DNA of 64,000 bases from Chthoniobacteraceae bacterium (lineage in GTDB: Bacteria > Verrucomicrobiota > Verrucomicrobiia > Chthoniobacterales > Chthoniobacteraceae), in the NCBI GenBank assembly GCA_031409335.1, contig JANNWY010000195.1, positions 1 to 64,000 on the forward strand. Direction: 5' to 3'. The position numbers and the translations under genes were made by a program. The notes under the pieces are model-generated. The model did no database searches. It had not been told where the DNA came from and saw only the letters and a program-made list of their open reading frames with translations. Below are positions 18,552 to 26,996 of this stretch, in pieces. Numbering within the stretch: position 1 is the stretch's first letter; the number at the start of each line of letters is the position of its first letter.

Positions 18552-20297
18552 CTAAAGCACCGCCCCGGCCAGCACGCCACTCTTCCCCTCGAAGCCACTC
18601 TCGTAAAGCCGCGCGTAAACCCCGCCCAGCGCCAGCAAATCCTCGTGTTTCCCCCGCTCGACAATCCGGCCGCGATCCATCACCAGGATTTGATCCGCGT
18701 GCCGCACCGTCGAGAGCCGGTGCGCGATGACGAAACTCGTGCGCTGCGCCATCAGCCGGTCGAGCGCCTCCTGGATCAGCCGCTCCGTGCGGTTGTCCAC
18801 GCTCGAAGTCGCCTCATCGAGCACGAGGATCGGCGGATCTTTCAGCAGCGCCCGCGCGATGGAAACGCGCTGCTTTTCCCCCACGCTGAGTTTCACGCCG
18901 CGCTCGCCAACCACTGTCGCCAGGCCGTCCGGCAGACGTTCGATGAATTCCCGCGCGTTCGCGGAACCGAGCGCGTCCCACAACTCTTCATCCGTCGCGT
19001 CCGGTTTTCCGAGCCGCAGATTGTCGCGGATCGATCCATTAAAAAGAAAGCTCTCCTGCGTCACCATCCCCACGCCACTCCGCAGCGCGCTGCGGGAGAA
19101 ATCGCGGAGAGGCTTCCCATCGATCAGGATTTCGCCGGAATCGTATTCGTAAAAACGCGTCAGCATGTTCACCAGCGTCGATTTCCCCGCGCCGGTGTGG
19201 CCGACCAGCGCGATCGTCTCGCCCGGCGTCGCGTGCAGGGTAACTTGGTGCAGCACCGGCACCGCTTCGTCGTACGCAAAGCTCACTTTTTGAAAACGCA
19301 CATCGCCCGTGATCTCCACCGGATCATCGTACTCCACGCGGCCCGGCTCGATCTTTTCATCGAGAATCTCGAACACCCGCTCACCCGCCGCGCGACCCGA
19401 CTGAATAAGTTGATTGAGCGAATGCAAACGCCCGATGGGTTCATACAGATAACCCACTAACAAAAGGAAACCCACAAAGTCCCCGACACCCATCTCCCCG
19501 GCCAGCACCGCCCTGCCGCCAAAGCCGATGACCAACACCGCGCCACAGGCACCGAAGAAACTCATCGCAGGGTTATACATCGCCCACACCCGCATCACGA
19601 TCAGGGTAGCTTCACGCAACTGCTGACTAACTCCGTTGAACCGCGCGTGTTCCTCACGCTCACGCACATAAGTCTTGATCTGCCGGATGCCCGCGAGGTT
19701 GTCATGCAGCAAGGCATTCATCGCCGATGAAGCCTTGCGCTGGATGCGATAGCGACGGTGGGCAGTGAGGGTATAGGCAAGCGCGCCACCAATCAGGAAA
19801 GGCACCGGAACCAATGCGAACCAAGCCAGCTTCGCATTGTAGATAAATAGCATCGAAGCCACGACGATGATTTGTAACACCGAGACTATCCCCTGCTCGA
19901 TCCCATCGATCAGCACCCGCTCCACACTTGTCACATCCTCCAGCAATCTAGTCATGATGTCGCCCGTCGCCCGGTTGTCGAACCAAGTCAGCGGCAACTG
20001 CTGAATGTGCGAGTAGAGATCGCTGCGCAGATCAAAGATCACCTTTTGCTCGAAAGTATTGTTCAGAACGATGCGCAGCGCGTTGAACAGATCCCGTGTG
20101 AAAAATGCCGCCGCCGCGACCAGGACCAGCCAAACCAACCGATCCCCTCGCCCGGCCCGCACATCGTCGAGGACGAGCTGAGTCACCTTTGGAAAGACCG
20201 TGACCATCATCGTCGCCACGATCGCGCAAAACAGCGTGCCCGCGGCCATCCCCGGATAGCGGCGGACATATGCGAAGACGCGGAAAATGGTTTTCAT
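18552..20297 (-). CDS. ABC transporter, fused permease/ATPase (MsbA-like exporter)
   Basis: N-terminal multi-TM domain; Walker A GHTGAGKS, signature LSVGEKQR, Walker B ILVLDEATS and IAHRLST. Confidence 0.95.
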   Translation of the reverse strand: MKTIFRVFAYVRRYPGMAAGTLFCAIVATMMVTVFPKVTQLVLDDVRAGRGDRLVWLVLVAAAAFFTRDLFNALRIVLNNTFEQKVIFDLRSDLYSHIQQLPLTWFDNRATGDIMTRLLEDVTSVERVLIDGIEQGIVSVLQIIVVASMLFIYNAKLAWFALVPVPFLIGGALAYTLTAHRRYRIQRKASSAMNALLHDNLAGIRQIKTYVREREEHARFNGVSQQLREATLIVMRVWAMYNPAMSFFGACGAVLVIGFGGRAVLAGEMGVGDFVGFLLLVGYLYEPIGRLHSLNQLIQSGRAAGERVFEILDEKIEPGRVEYDDPVEITGDVRFQKVSFAYDEAVPVLHQVTLHATPGETIALVGHTGAGKSTLVNMLTRFYEYDSGEILIDGKPLRDFSRSALRSGVGMVTQESFLFNGSIRDNLRLGKPDATDEELWDALGSANAREFIERLPDGLATVVGERGVKLSVGEKQRVSIARALLKDPPILVLDEATSSVDNRTERLIQEALDRLMAQRTSFVIAHRLSTVRHADQILVMDRGRIVERGKHEDLLALGGVYARLYESGFEGKSGVLAGAVL

Positions 20298-20407
20298 CGT
20301 CCTTCACCTCGCACGAAAGCGGCCTTTCCAAAGATCGTCAATTCGACGGAATGATGGAGAAACGAATCGAGCGTTTCGAGGATGAGACCCGGATGATCAA
20401 GCGGCAT
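20294..20407 (-). pseudogene. 37-codon remnant resembling the N-terminus of a nucleotidyltransferase-type (DUF6036/AbiEii-like) protein
   Basis: Manual translation gives MPLDHPGLILETLDSFLHHSVELTIFGKAAFVRGEGR*. It overlaps the 3' end of the upstream gene, and its stop overlaps the ABC start (ATGA). The family call is from recalled resemblance only. Confidence 0.4.
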
Positions 20408-20960
20408 GGCTCGCGGCACGCAGCGCCATCGGGCGCAACCAGGTCGGTTTTCCGAAGGTTCTCGGCGCGATCAATCCGGGATCGCTGACGAACCGCGAAT
20501 GGTGCGGCATCACTCCGTCCTTCGGCATCGGCCCCGACGGAAGAGCCTCCAGCAACTCCATCCAAAATGGACTGCCCGGCTCGTAACGAAGCGCGCAGTT
20601 CGCCACATACCGGACGACGCACTCGCATCGCTCCCAAACGGCAAGACGGGCCAGATCGCGCGGGTCGTTTTCCCTGGCACCGAGCATCATCGCGCCGATG
20701 CGGATCACGCGCGAATCGTATTGATTCGCGACGGTGAGCAAGGCCATTGCCAGCTCGTCGTTTGGGAATTCGCGCTCGCTCAAGTGCGACTCCAATCCGT
20801 GATCGAAGGCCGGCGCATAGTGGTAGCAACCGCGCGCGATGGCTTCGCTCGCCAAGGCGTCGAGCACAGACAGGCCCAGACGACGCGCCTTGTGTCGAAG
20901 ACCGGAAATGTGCGCGGTCATGCCGAGTCGTTCGGCGAGTGTGATTTTCTTTTCGTCCAT
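20397..20960 (-). CDS. Hypothetical protein (187 aa), possible antitoxin-type partner
   Basis: Globular-looking ORF starting MDEKKITLAERLGMTAHISGLRHKARRLG; overlaps the truncated ORF at 20294-20407. Confidence 0.7.
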   Translation of the reverse strand: MDEKKITLAERLGMTAHISGLRHKARRLGLSVLDALASEAIARGCYHYAPAFDHGLESHLSEREFPNDELAMALLTVANQYDSRVIRIGAMMLGARENDPRDLARLAVWERCECVVRYVANCALRYEPGSPFWMELLEALPSGPMPKDGVMPHHSRFVSDPGLIAPRTFGKPTWLRPMALRAASHAA

Positions 20961-20985
20961 CGCGCCGGAAGTGTGGCGCAGCACA

Positions 20986-21025
20986 CGCGGCTAGTAAACG
21001 CCTTCCACGATCTTGTTCTCCATCG
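20986..21025. repeat. Direct repeat, left copy: duplicated 3' end (MENKIVEGVY*) of the gene at 59405-60472
   Basis: cgcggctagtaaacgccttccacgatcttgttctccatcg matches 59400-59439 at 38/40 positions. Confidence 0.92.
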
Positions 21026-21176
21026 TACTTGAACAGGCGGACGAATAGCGCAGCCATTCTCAAACCGGGTGCAATTTCAATTTCCCTTTCCCACCGCATC
21101 CTCGGGAATCGTTCGATTGAAAAAACCGTCGCGTTCGGAAATTGACGCCACCCCCGCGCCGGGTAGTCTCCCCGCC

Positions 21177-21749
21177 ATGAGCGCCGCGTCCCAGATGCTT
21201 GATCTTCCCGAAGTCCGCGCCCGCATCTCCCCGGTCGAGGTCGCGCAGTATCACCAGTTCCCCGAATTCAACGCGAACGGTCGCCGCACCGAACTCATCC
21301 GCGGAGTCGTCATCGAAAAAATGTCCAAGTCACCCCTCCATTCCGGCATCGCCTCCGATTTATACGATTTGATCCGCCCGCAAGTCCCGCCGGGCTTCTG
21401 GCTGCGTAAAGAGGAACCTCTCACGTTGCCCGACTCCGAGCCCGAGCCAGACCTCTCCCTCGTTCGTGGCCGCCGCGCGGATTTCACTAAGAGCCATCCT
21501 ACCACCGCCGCGCTGATCATCGAAATCGCCGTCACTTCCGCCGCTGAAGACCGCTCCCTGGCTTCCCTCTACGCCGAGGCAGGCGTGGAGGAATACTGGA
21601 TCGTCCTCCCGGTCGAGCGACGGATCGAAATCTATCGCCGCCCGCAGGATGGGAGCTATCTTGATCGCGCCGTCATGGAAGGTGATACCGTTGTCACTTG
21701 CGATAGTCTTCCAACCATTCAAGTCCCACTCTCCGAGCTTTTCGACTAA
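21177..21749 (+). CDS. Uma2 family (DUF820) putative endonuclease
   Basis: RTELIRGVVIEKM, SPLH, SEPEPDLSLV, LIIEIAVTS, LYAEAGVEEYWIV and IEIYRRP. Confidence 0.93.
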   Translation: MSAASQMLDLPEVRARISPVEVAQYHQFPEFNANGRRTELIRGVVIEKMSKSPLHSGIASDLYDLIRPQVPPGFWLRKEEPLTLPDSEPEPDLSLVRGRRADFTKSHPTTAALIIEIAVTSAAEDRSLASLYAEAGVEEYWIVLPVERRIEIYRRPQDGSYLDRAVMEGDTVVTCDSLPTIQVPLSELFD

Positions 21750-21768
21750 CCTTCTGCTTTCTACCTAA

Positions 21769-22739
21769 ATGAAAAGTATCCATCGCATGTACCTTGGAAC
21801 CACGCTGGCCGGAGTGCTCGCGCTCCTCGTCACCTCCGCCCATGCCGACACCTTTGGCAGCGGAGGAAATGCGTTCACCATCGACTTCGTGAATATCGGT
21901 AACGCGGGAAACGGGGATGATCTCGGTGCTGGCGGGGGCATCTACTTCACACCGTATGGCGGCGTGGGCTACGACTACCGGATGGGAGTGACGGAGGTGC
22001 CGCAGGATTGGATCACCAAGGCGACGAATCTCGGCCTGACCAACGTGACGGCAGGCGCGTGGGGAGCCAGCCAGCCGGCGGCGAATATGACATGGTATGA
22101 AGCGGCGGCGTTTGTGAACTTTCTGAATGTGAGCACGAGGCATCAGGCGGCGTATAATCTGAATGGAACCGCCACAGCCATGACGCTGTGGACGGCGGGG
22201 ATGCGTGGGACAACGATCCAGGAGCCGGAGTAGACCTGAACCTGTATCGTCACAAGGATGCATACTACTTCCTACCGAGTGAGGATGAGTGGTACAAGTC
22301 TGCGTATCACAAGAACGATGGAGTGACGGCGAACTACTGGGACTACGCGATGGGGAGTAACAGCGTTCCCGATGGGATCGACTTTGTGGGGGACCTGGTA
22401 TTTGACGCGGTGTTTTTTGATGGAGGCAACAATGCTCAACCCAATGGGGTGACGAGTCCCTACGGAACACTCGGGCAGAACGGGAACGTGTGGGAATGGG
22501 GCGAGACTCTCTTTGGAATGAGCAATATATTGTTCTCGAGTCGCACGATCCGGGGTGGTCCTTGGGGTACCACCGAGGTCGACCTGCGCTCCTCGGACCG
22601 CGAAGAAATCAATGCGGCGAACTCGAGCCGCAACGTTGGTTTCCGTATTGCGAGCGTCCCTGAACCTACGGCCAGCATGTTGATGATCGTATCAGGGATG
22701 ATGCGGCCGATACGGAGACGCCGCGAGTCGGCCCTTTGA
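21769..22739 (+). pseudogene. Frameshifted formylglycine-generating-enzyme (SUMF1/FGE-sulfatase) family PEP-CTERM protein
   Basis: Frame 1 has a signal peptide plus FTIDFVNIGNAGN, YGGVGYDYRMGVTEV and TWYEAAAFVNFLN. After a -1 shift near 22190-22200, frame 2 continues LPSEDEWYKSAY, GQNGNVWEW, RGGPW, VGFRIAS and VPEP with a degraded TM tail. Confidence 0.85.
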
Positions 22740-22798
22740 TCTTTTCGGACTCGTTGCCAAGAACTTGGGAAGGAGTTTCCGTACGAGTTCCGCCTTTG

Positions 22799-23053
22799 CT
22801 ACCGATCTGCAAGGACGATGCGCAGAATCTTTACATGACGATCGGCGAAGTCGTCCCAAAACGTGATGGCAAAGCGACCGCAAACGGTGACGCCTAAAGT
22901 CCGCCCACTTGCATCCCGATCGACAAACTCCACCCACGAGGTGGGAGATTCGAGCAACTCGGCGAATCGTTTCCGCAATTGCCTTCGTTCCGAAGGCTTG
23001 AGCGCGGCCAGGAAGTCATAGACTTCCAAGTCGAGAAGCAGCCGGTATTTCAC
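22799..23053 (-). CDS. RelE/ParE-like toxin (84 aa)
   Basis: Small ORF MKYRLLLDLEVYDFLAALKPSERRQL...FAITFWDDFADRHVKILRI with a RelE-like layout; its GTG start overlaps the upstream antitoxin stop. Confidence 0.65.
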   Translation of the reverse strand: MKYRLLLDLEVYDFLAALKPSERRQLRKRFAELLESPTSWVEFVDRDASGRTLGVTVCGRFAITFWDDFADRHVKILRIVLADR

Positions 23054-23259
23054 TCCTCGCCGACTTCATCGAGAGCCCGCAGTTTTTCATCGAGTTGTTC
23101 CAAAGTCAGCCAGTTGGCCGGGGTGCGATCGTCGATTTTTCGAGCCATTTCCGCCCGGTCTTCATCGGTCAAATTCAAAGAAACGAGAAATCCCATGAGG
23201 TGCCGCCGTTCCGCTGGCGCGAGCGCGGCGGCTTCTTGTTTGACGTTTTCCAAACTCAT
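23050..23259 (-). CDS. Putative addiction-module antitoxin (69 aa)
   Basis: Small acidic ORF MSLENVKQEAAALAPAERRHL...WLTLEQLDEKL, directly upstream of and overlapping the toxin-like gene. Confidence 0.65.
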   Translation of the reverse strand: MSLENVKQEAAALAPAERRHLMGFLVSLNLTDEDRAEMARKIDDRTPANWLTLEQLDEKLRALDEVGEE

Positions 23260-23316
23260 GGAGCGAGCAAATCACGACTGAACGAGGGTTGCAACGGACC
23301 TTGTTCTGAATTCTCC

Positions 23317-23916
23317 CATGTTTTCGCCGCAGGCGGGAACCTGACGGCCCCGGCGCAAATGCTCGCCTCGGAAGGCGCCCTTTACGTTCTCAATACCGAC
23401 GCCGCCAAGGTCGTCCGTTACCACATGGCCACGGGAGCCGCCATCGGTGGCCCGGACGACTTCATCGTGCCCGACACCAGGGGCCTCGCCAGCCCGCGCT
23501 ACATGGCTTTTGCCCCGCCCGCCGATGCCGACGGCGACGGCCTCCCCGATGCCTGGGAGCACACCCACGGCCTCAGTTCCGCCAATCCCCTCGACGCCGC
23601 GCAAGACGCCGACGGCGACGGCCAGACCAATCTCGCCGAATACCAATCCGGCACCGACCCCCGCGACCCCGCCAGCACCCCCGGCGTGACCGCCCTGCAA
23701 CGCGACGCCCAAGGCCTCCTCCTCACCTTCCGCACCGTCCCCGGCAGCTTCTACGTGCTGGAAGCCAAAACCGACCTCGCCAACCCCGCCGACCCGTGGA
23801 TCACGATCGTCCCCAACATCATCGCCACCACCCGAACCGCCCAAGTCCGCGACCCCAACGCCGCCACCTTCACCCAGCGAAACTACTGCCTGCGCGTGAC
23901 GGGGCAGCAGCAGTAA
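23317..23916 (+). pseudogene. 5'-truncated fragment of a verrucomicrobial surface protein (DxDxDG Ca-binding/TSP3-like repeats plus C-terminal beta domain)
   Basis: DADGDGLPDAWE and DADGDGQTNLAEYQSGTDP repeats, then LLLTFRTVPGSFYVLEAKTDL...W...RNYCLRV. No signal peptide or convincing start; abuts the TA promoter region. Confidence 0.7.
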
Positions 23917-24077
23917 GGTGGATGGCGTCGCTCGTCGAGCCATGCCCCACACCGCCGAAGGCGCACCTTCTTAGAAATTTGGCGCTGCGCGCAGAGTTTT
24001 TCCCATGGCGCGACGGAGCGCGCCATCCACCTTTGCGCGTTGAGTCGCGCGATTCACTTTTGATAGACGGGGACGAT

Positions 24078-24563
24078 ATGAAATTGGTCTTCCTGACGGT
24101 TTTCTACTTCGGCGTGTTCATGACCGTCATCATCATGAACTCCATGGGTGGCCCGGAAGAGGCCTTGCGGATCGTGCATACCGACCCATCCGCCATCGTC
24201 ATGGTCGCCATCGTCAATCTCGTGGCGGTGCACGGCGTTTATTTGTTTTGGAGAAATGCGCGCGGGACGCGATCGCTGGAAACGCCGGGCGGAGCGAGCA
24301 TCAGCTTTGATCAAATGGTGTTTCGCCATCCGAAGATCGTCATGGTGCTGCTCGTCCTCACGGGAGTCTTCGCCATGCTGGGAGCGGGCGACGCAACGAT
24401 GATTTCCACCATCGTAAAAAATCCGCCCGCCGCGCCTTTGGGCGCGGCCATCCTGCTCGCCATGGGAAATGTGGTCCTGTTTCGCGTCGCGACTCTCTAC
24501 GAGAAAATGCGCTACTTTTGCGCCGCCGCGTTTATCGGCGGGTTCATCTGGCACTTCGTGTAG
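24078..24563 (+). CDS. Small multi-pass membrane protein of unknown function (161 aa)
   Basis: ATG at 24078 after GGGGA; 4-5 hydrophobic segments; 3' end overlaps the fpg 3' end by 20 bp. Confidence 0.75.
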   Translation: MKLVFLTVFYFGVFMTVIIMNSMGGPEEALRIVHTDPSAIVMVAIVNLVAVHGVYLFWRNARGTRSLETPGGASISFDQMVFRHPKIVMVLLVLTGVFAMLGAGDATMISTIVKNPPAAPLGAAILLAMGNVVLFRVATLYEKMRYFCAAAFIGGFIWHFV

Positions 24564-25362
24564 CAGCCGGACCCTGACAGAGCGGACACCACGCCGTCGT
24601 GCGTCCGCCGATCGTCGCGTGCTCCAGCGCCGTGCCGTGGCGCGGGCAGATGCCGGATTTGGTCCACCGCTGATGAATCAGCCAGTCGTCCGGCGGATCG
24701 CTCCAATCGACGCCGATGGTTTTCAGCGCCACGCGCGAAACGGCGCGCAACGTTTTCCAAAGTGTCCGAGCTTCTTCGGCATTGAGCGATCCACCGGGCG
24801 TGCGCGGATGGAACCGCGCCTGCCAGAGGATTTCGTCGGCCATCCAATTGCCGATGCCGGGAAAAAACTCCTGCATGAGCAGCAACGCTTTCAGCGGAGC
24901 GCGGCCTCGGCGGGCGAGGATGGCGCGCAGCGCTGCGAGCGTGAACTCGCGCGATGTAACCGCCGGAGGCAGCGATGTCCACCAGTCGGGCGCATCGTTT
25001 CCGCGATGAAACCGCACCCGCCCGAACATGCGCGGATCGCTGAAAACGAGCACCTGCCGCTTCTGCACGAGCACGAGATGATCGTGTTTCCCCGGCGCAT
25101 AATCCGGTGCCTCGACGCACAGTTTTCCCGACATCCCGAGATGCACGCCGAGCCATCCACCTTTGGAAAAACGAAACACCATCTGCTTCCCACGCGTCTC
25201 GGAACCGAGCAGCGTCGCGCCGGACAAAGTGCGCCTGATTTCTACCGGATCGTTGCCACGGAAAATACGCTTCTTTTCATGCAACAACACCCGCAGGACG
25301 CGCTGGCGCAGACCGGCATCCCAGCGCGTGCGGAAATATTCGACCTCGGCGAGTTCAGGCAT
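24544..25362 (-). CDS. mutM: Fpg/Nei family DNA glycosylase/AP lyase
   Basis: N-terminal MPELAEVE, RGK, HLGMSG, DPRMFG, H2TH GIGNWMADEILW and a C-terminal zinc finger CPRH...GRTTAWCPLCQ. Confidence 0.9.
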   Translation of the reverse strand: MPELAEVEYFRTRWDAGLRQRVLRVLLHEKKRIFRGNDPVEIRRTLSGATLLGSETRGKQMVFRFSKGGWLGVHLGMSGKLCVEAPDYAPGKHDHLVLVQKRQVLVFSDPRMFGRVRFHRGNDAPDWWTSLPPAVTSREFTLAALRAILARRGRAPLKALLLMQEFFPGIGNWMADEILWQARFHPRTPGGSLNAEEARTLWKTLRAVSRVALKTIGVDWSDPPDDWLIHQRWTKSGICPRHGTALEHATIGGRTTAWCPLCQGPAATRSAR

Positions 25363-25471
25363 CGGTCAGTTCATTGCCTTGATGCGCGCCAGTCTGAAAG
25401 CGCAAACCCGCGTTCTCTTCGCCCTTCCGCCATAAAACATTCCCCGACATCCTCCGCGCATGAGTTTTCCC

Positions 25472-26866
25472 ATGAAACCGCTACTCGCCGCCCTGCTGCT
25501 CTGCGCGTCCACGATCCTCCACGCCGCCGATCCCGATGGCTCCACGAATCTTCGCTCCGAAAAAGGCAAAATCCTCGACCGCGTTCGCGTCGGCGATCCG
25601 TTCGTTTTGCTGGAGCACGACAAAGCCAAACAACGCGGCTCGTGCGGCTGCCATCCGGGCTCGGCGGATACATTCACGAAAGCCGCATCCGGCCCATCAC
25701 GAAAGAACAGGCCGATCGCGCGCAGGCCGGGGCGCGGGTCGTCGCGAATCCGCTCGTTTTCAGCAACACGCAGACCGAGTTCACCGTCACGAATAATCTC
25801 ACCTTCACCAACCCCGCTGCGAAAACGCTCAGCGGTGTCTCCGACCTCCTGAACACCTCGACCGCGATCACCAGCGTCGCGGGCACTTTCCTCGGGCAAA
25901 ATACCACGAGCATCAATGTGAACGCCGGGACGCTCATCCTCGGCGCGGCGGTGAACAACGGCTTCCGCATGGACGGCGCGATCAACGTCGCCAGCGGCGC
26001 GACCTTGCAAATGATCTCGAACAGCCCCGTGAAACTCGGCCCCACCAATCTGAACGGCGGCACGCTCATCGCCGCGAACGGCATCGCCGTCCCCACCGGC
26101 CTCGCGCTCACCGCGACCGGTACCATCCAGGGCCGCGTGTCTTCGGAAGCGGGCTCGCTGATCGAGGCCACCGGCGTGCTTACCATCGGCGATGCCACCA
26201 GCTTCGGCGGATTTTTCTCGAATGGCGAACTCCGCGAAATGGCGCAAGGCGTGACCCTGCTCGATAAAAAACCAGGCCGTGCTCGGCAGCCTCACCGAAG
26301 TCGGCACCGTCTCGCTCCCCAGCCTGCTCACGGCGGCGAACGGCGTCTTCGTCGATTTCGGACGCGCTATCACCGGCTACGGCATCGTCGCGGGAAATAA
26401 CGCGCTGGCCGACGCCACGATCATCAACGGCGACGCCGCCGGAAATTCCAACGTGCAGCCGCTCGACTTCACCGGCTACGTGAAAGGGCTTGGCACCTTT
26501 ACCGATGTCACCTTCAGCGGCACCTTCTCGCCCGGCCTCAGCCCGGCGATCGTGCCGTTGAACAACGTGACCTTCGGCCCTTCGAGCACGCTGCTCATGG
26601 AAATCGGCGGTACCCTCGGTCTGAACGGTCTGCTCGATGTCGATCTCATCAACGGCTTCAACCCCGTGCTCGGCGATTTCTTCAACATCCTCGACGGCAC
26701 CACCAGCGGCGCGTTCAGCAGTTTCAGCTTCCCCGCGCTCAGCCCCGGCCTCACGTGGGATACGAGCGATCTCTACACCGTGGGAAATCTGAAAATCGTC
26801 CCCGAGCCCACCACCAGCCTGCTCCTGCTCGCCGGAGTCGGCGCGTTACTCCGTCGCCGTCACTGA
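25472..26866 (+). pseudogene. Doubly frameshifted chimera: signal peptide plus SH3b-like domain joined to a beta-strand-repeat PEP-CTERM C-terminus
   Basis: MKPLLAALLLCASTILHAADPDGSTNLRSEKGKILDRV, then a -1 shift at about 25625-25640 into LVRLPSGLGGYIHESRIRP...TLLDK, then a +1 shift in the A6 run at 26266-26271 into NQAVLGSLTEVG...SPGLSP...VPEPTTSLLLLAGVGALLRRRH*. Confidence 0.75.
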
Positions 26867-26952
26867 GGAAAACCGCGCCACTGCGGGGAAAAAATGGACC
26901 GCCCAGCCAACGGCTCCGTCACACCCACGCCGCGAATCTCGCGGATTGATGC

Positions 26953-26981
26953 TTGATCGGCAGCCGGTTTAGGCGCGCAAT
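26953..26981 (+). promoter_or_regulatory. Putative promoter TTGATC-N17-CGCAAT of the CHAT operon
   Basis: 15 bp upstream of the ATG at 26997; the same architecture occurs at 56324-56352 and 59116-59143. Confidence 0.35.
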
Positions 26982-26996
26982 AGAACCTTCTCCCAA

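Noticed and set aside
24469..26400. 643-aa ORF as a single gene
   Set aside because: Its first half is antisense to fpg; only about 25640-26270 is real coding sequence, as the middle frame of the broken PEP-CTERM gene.
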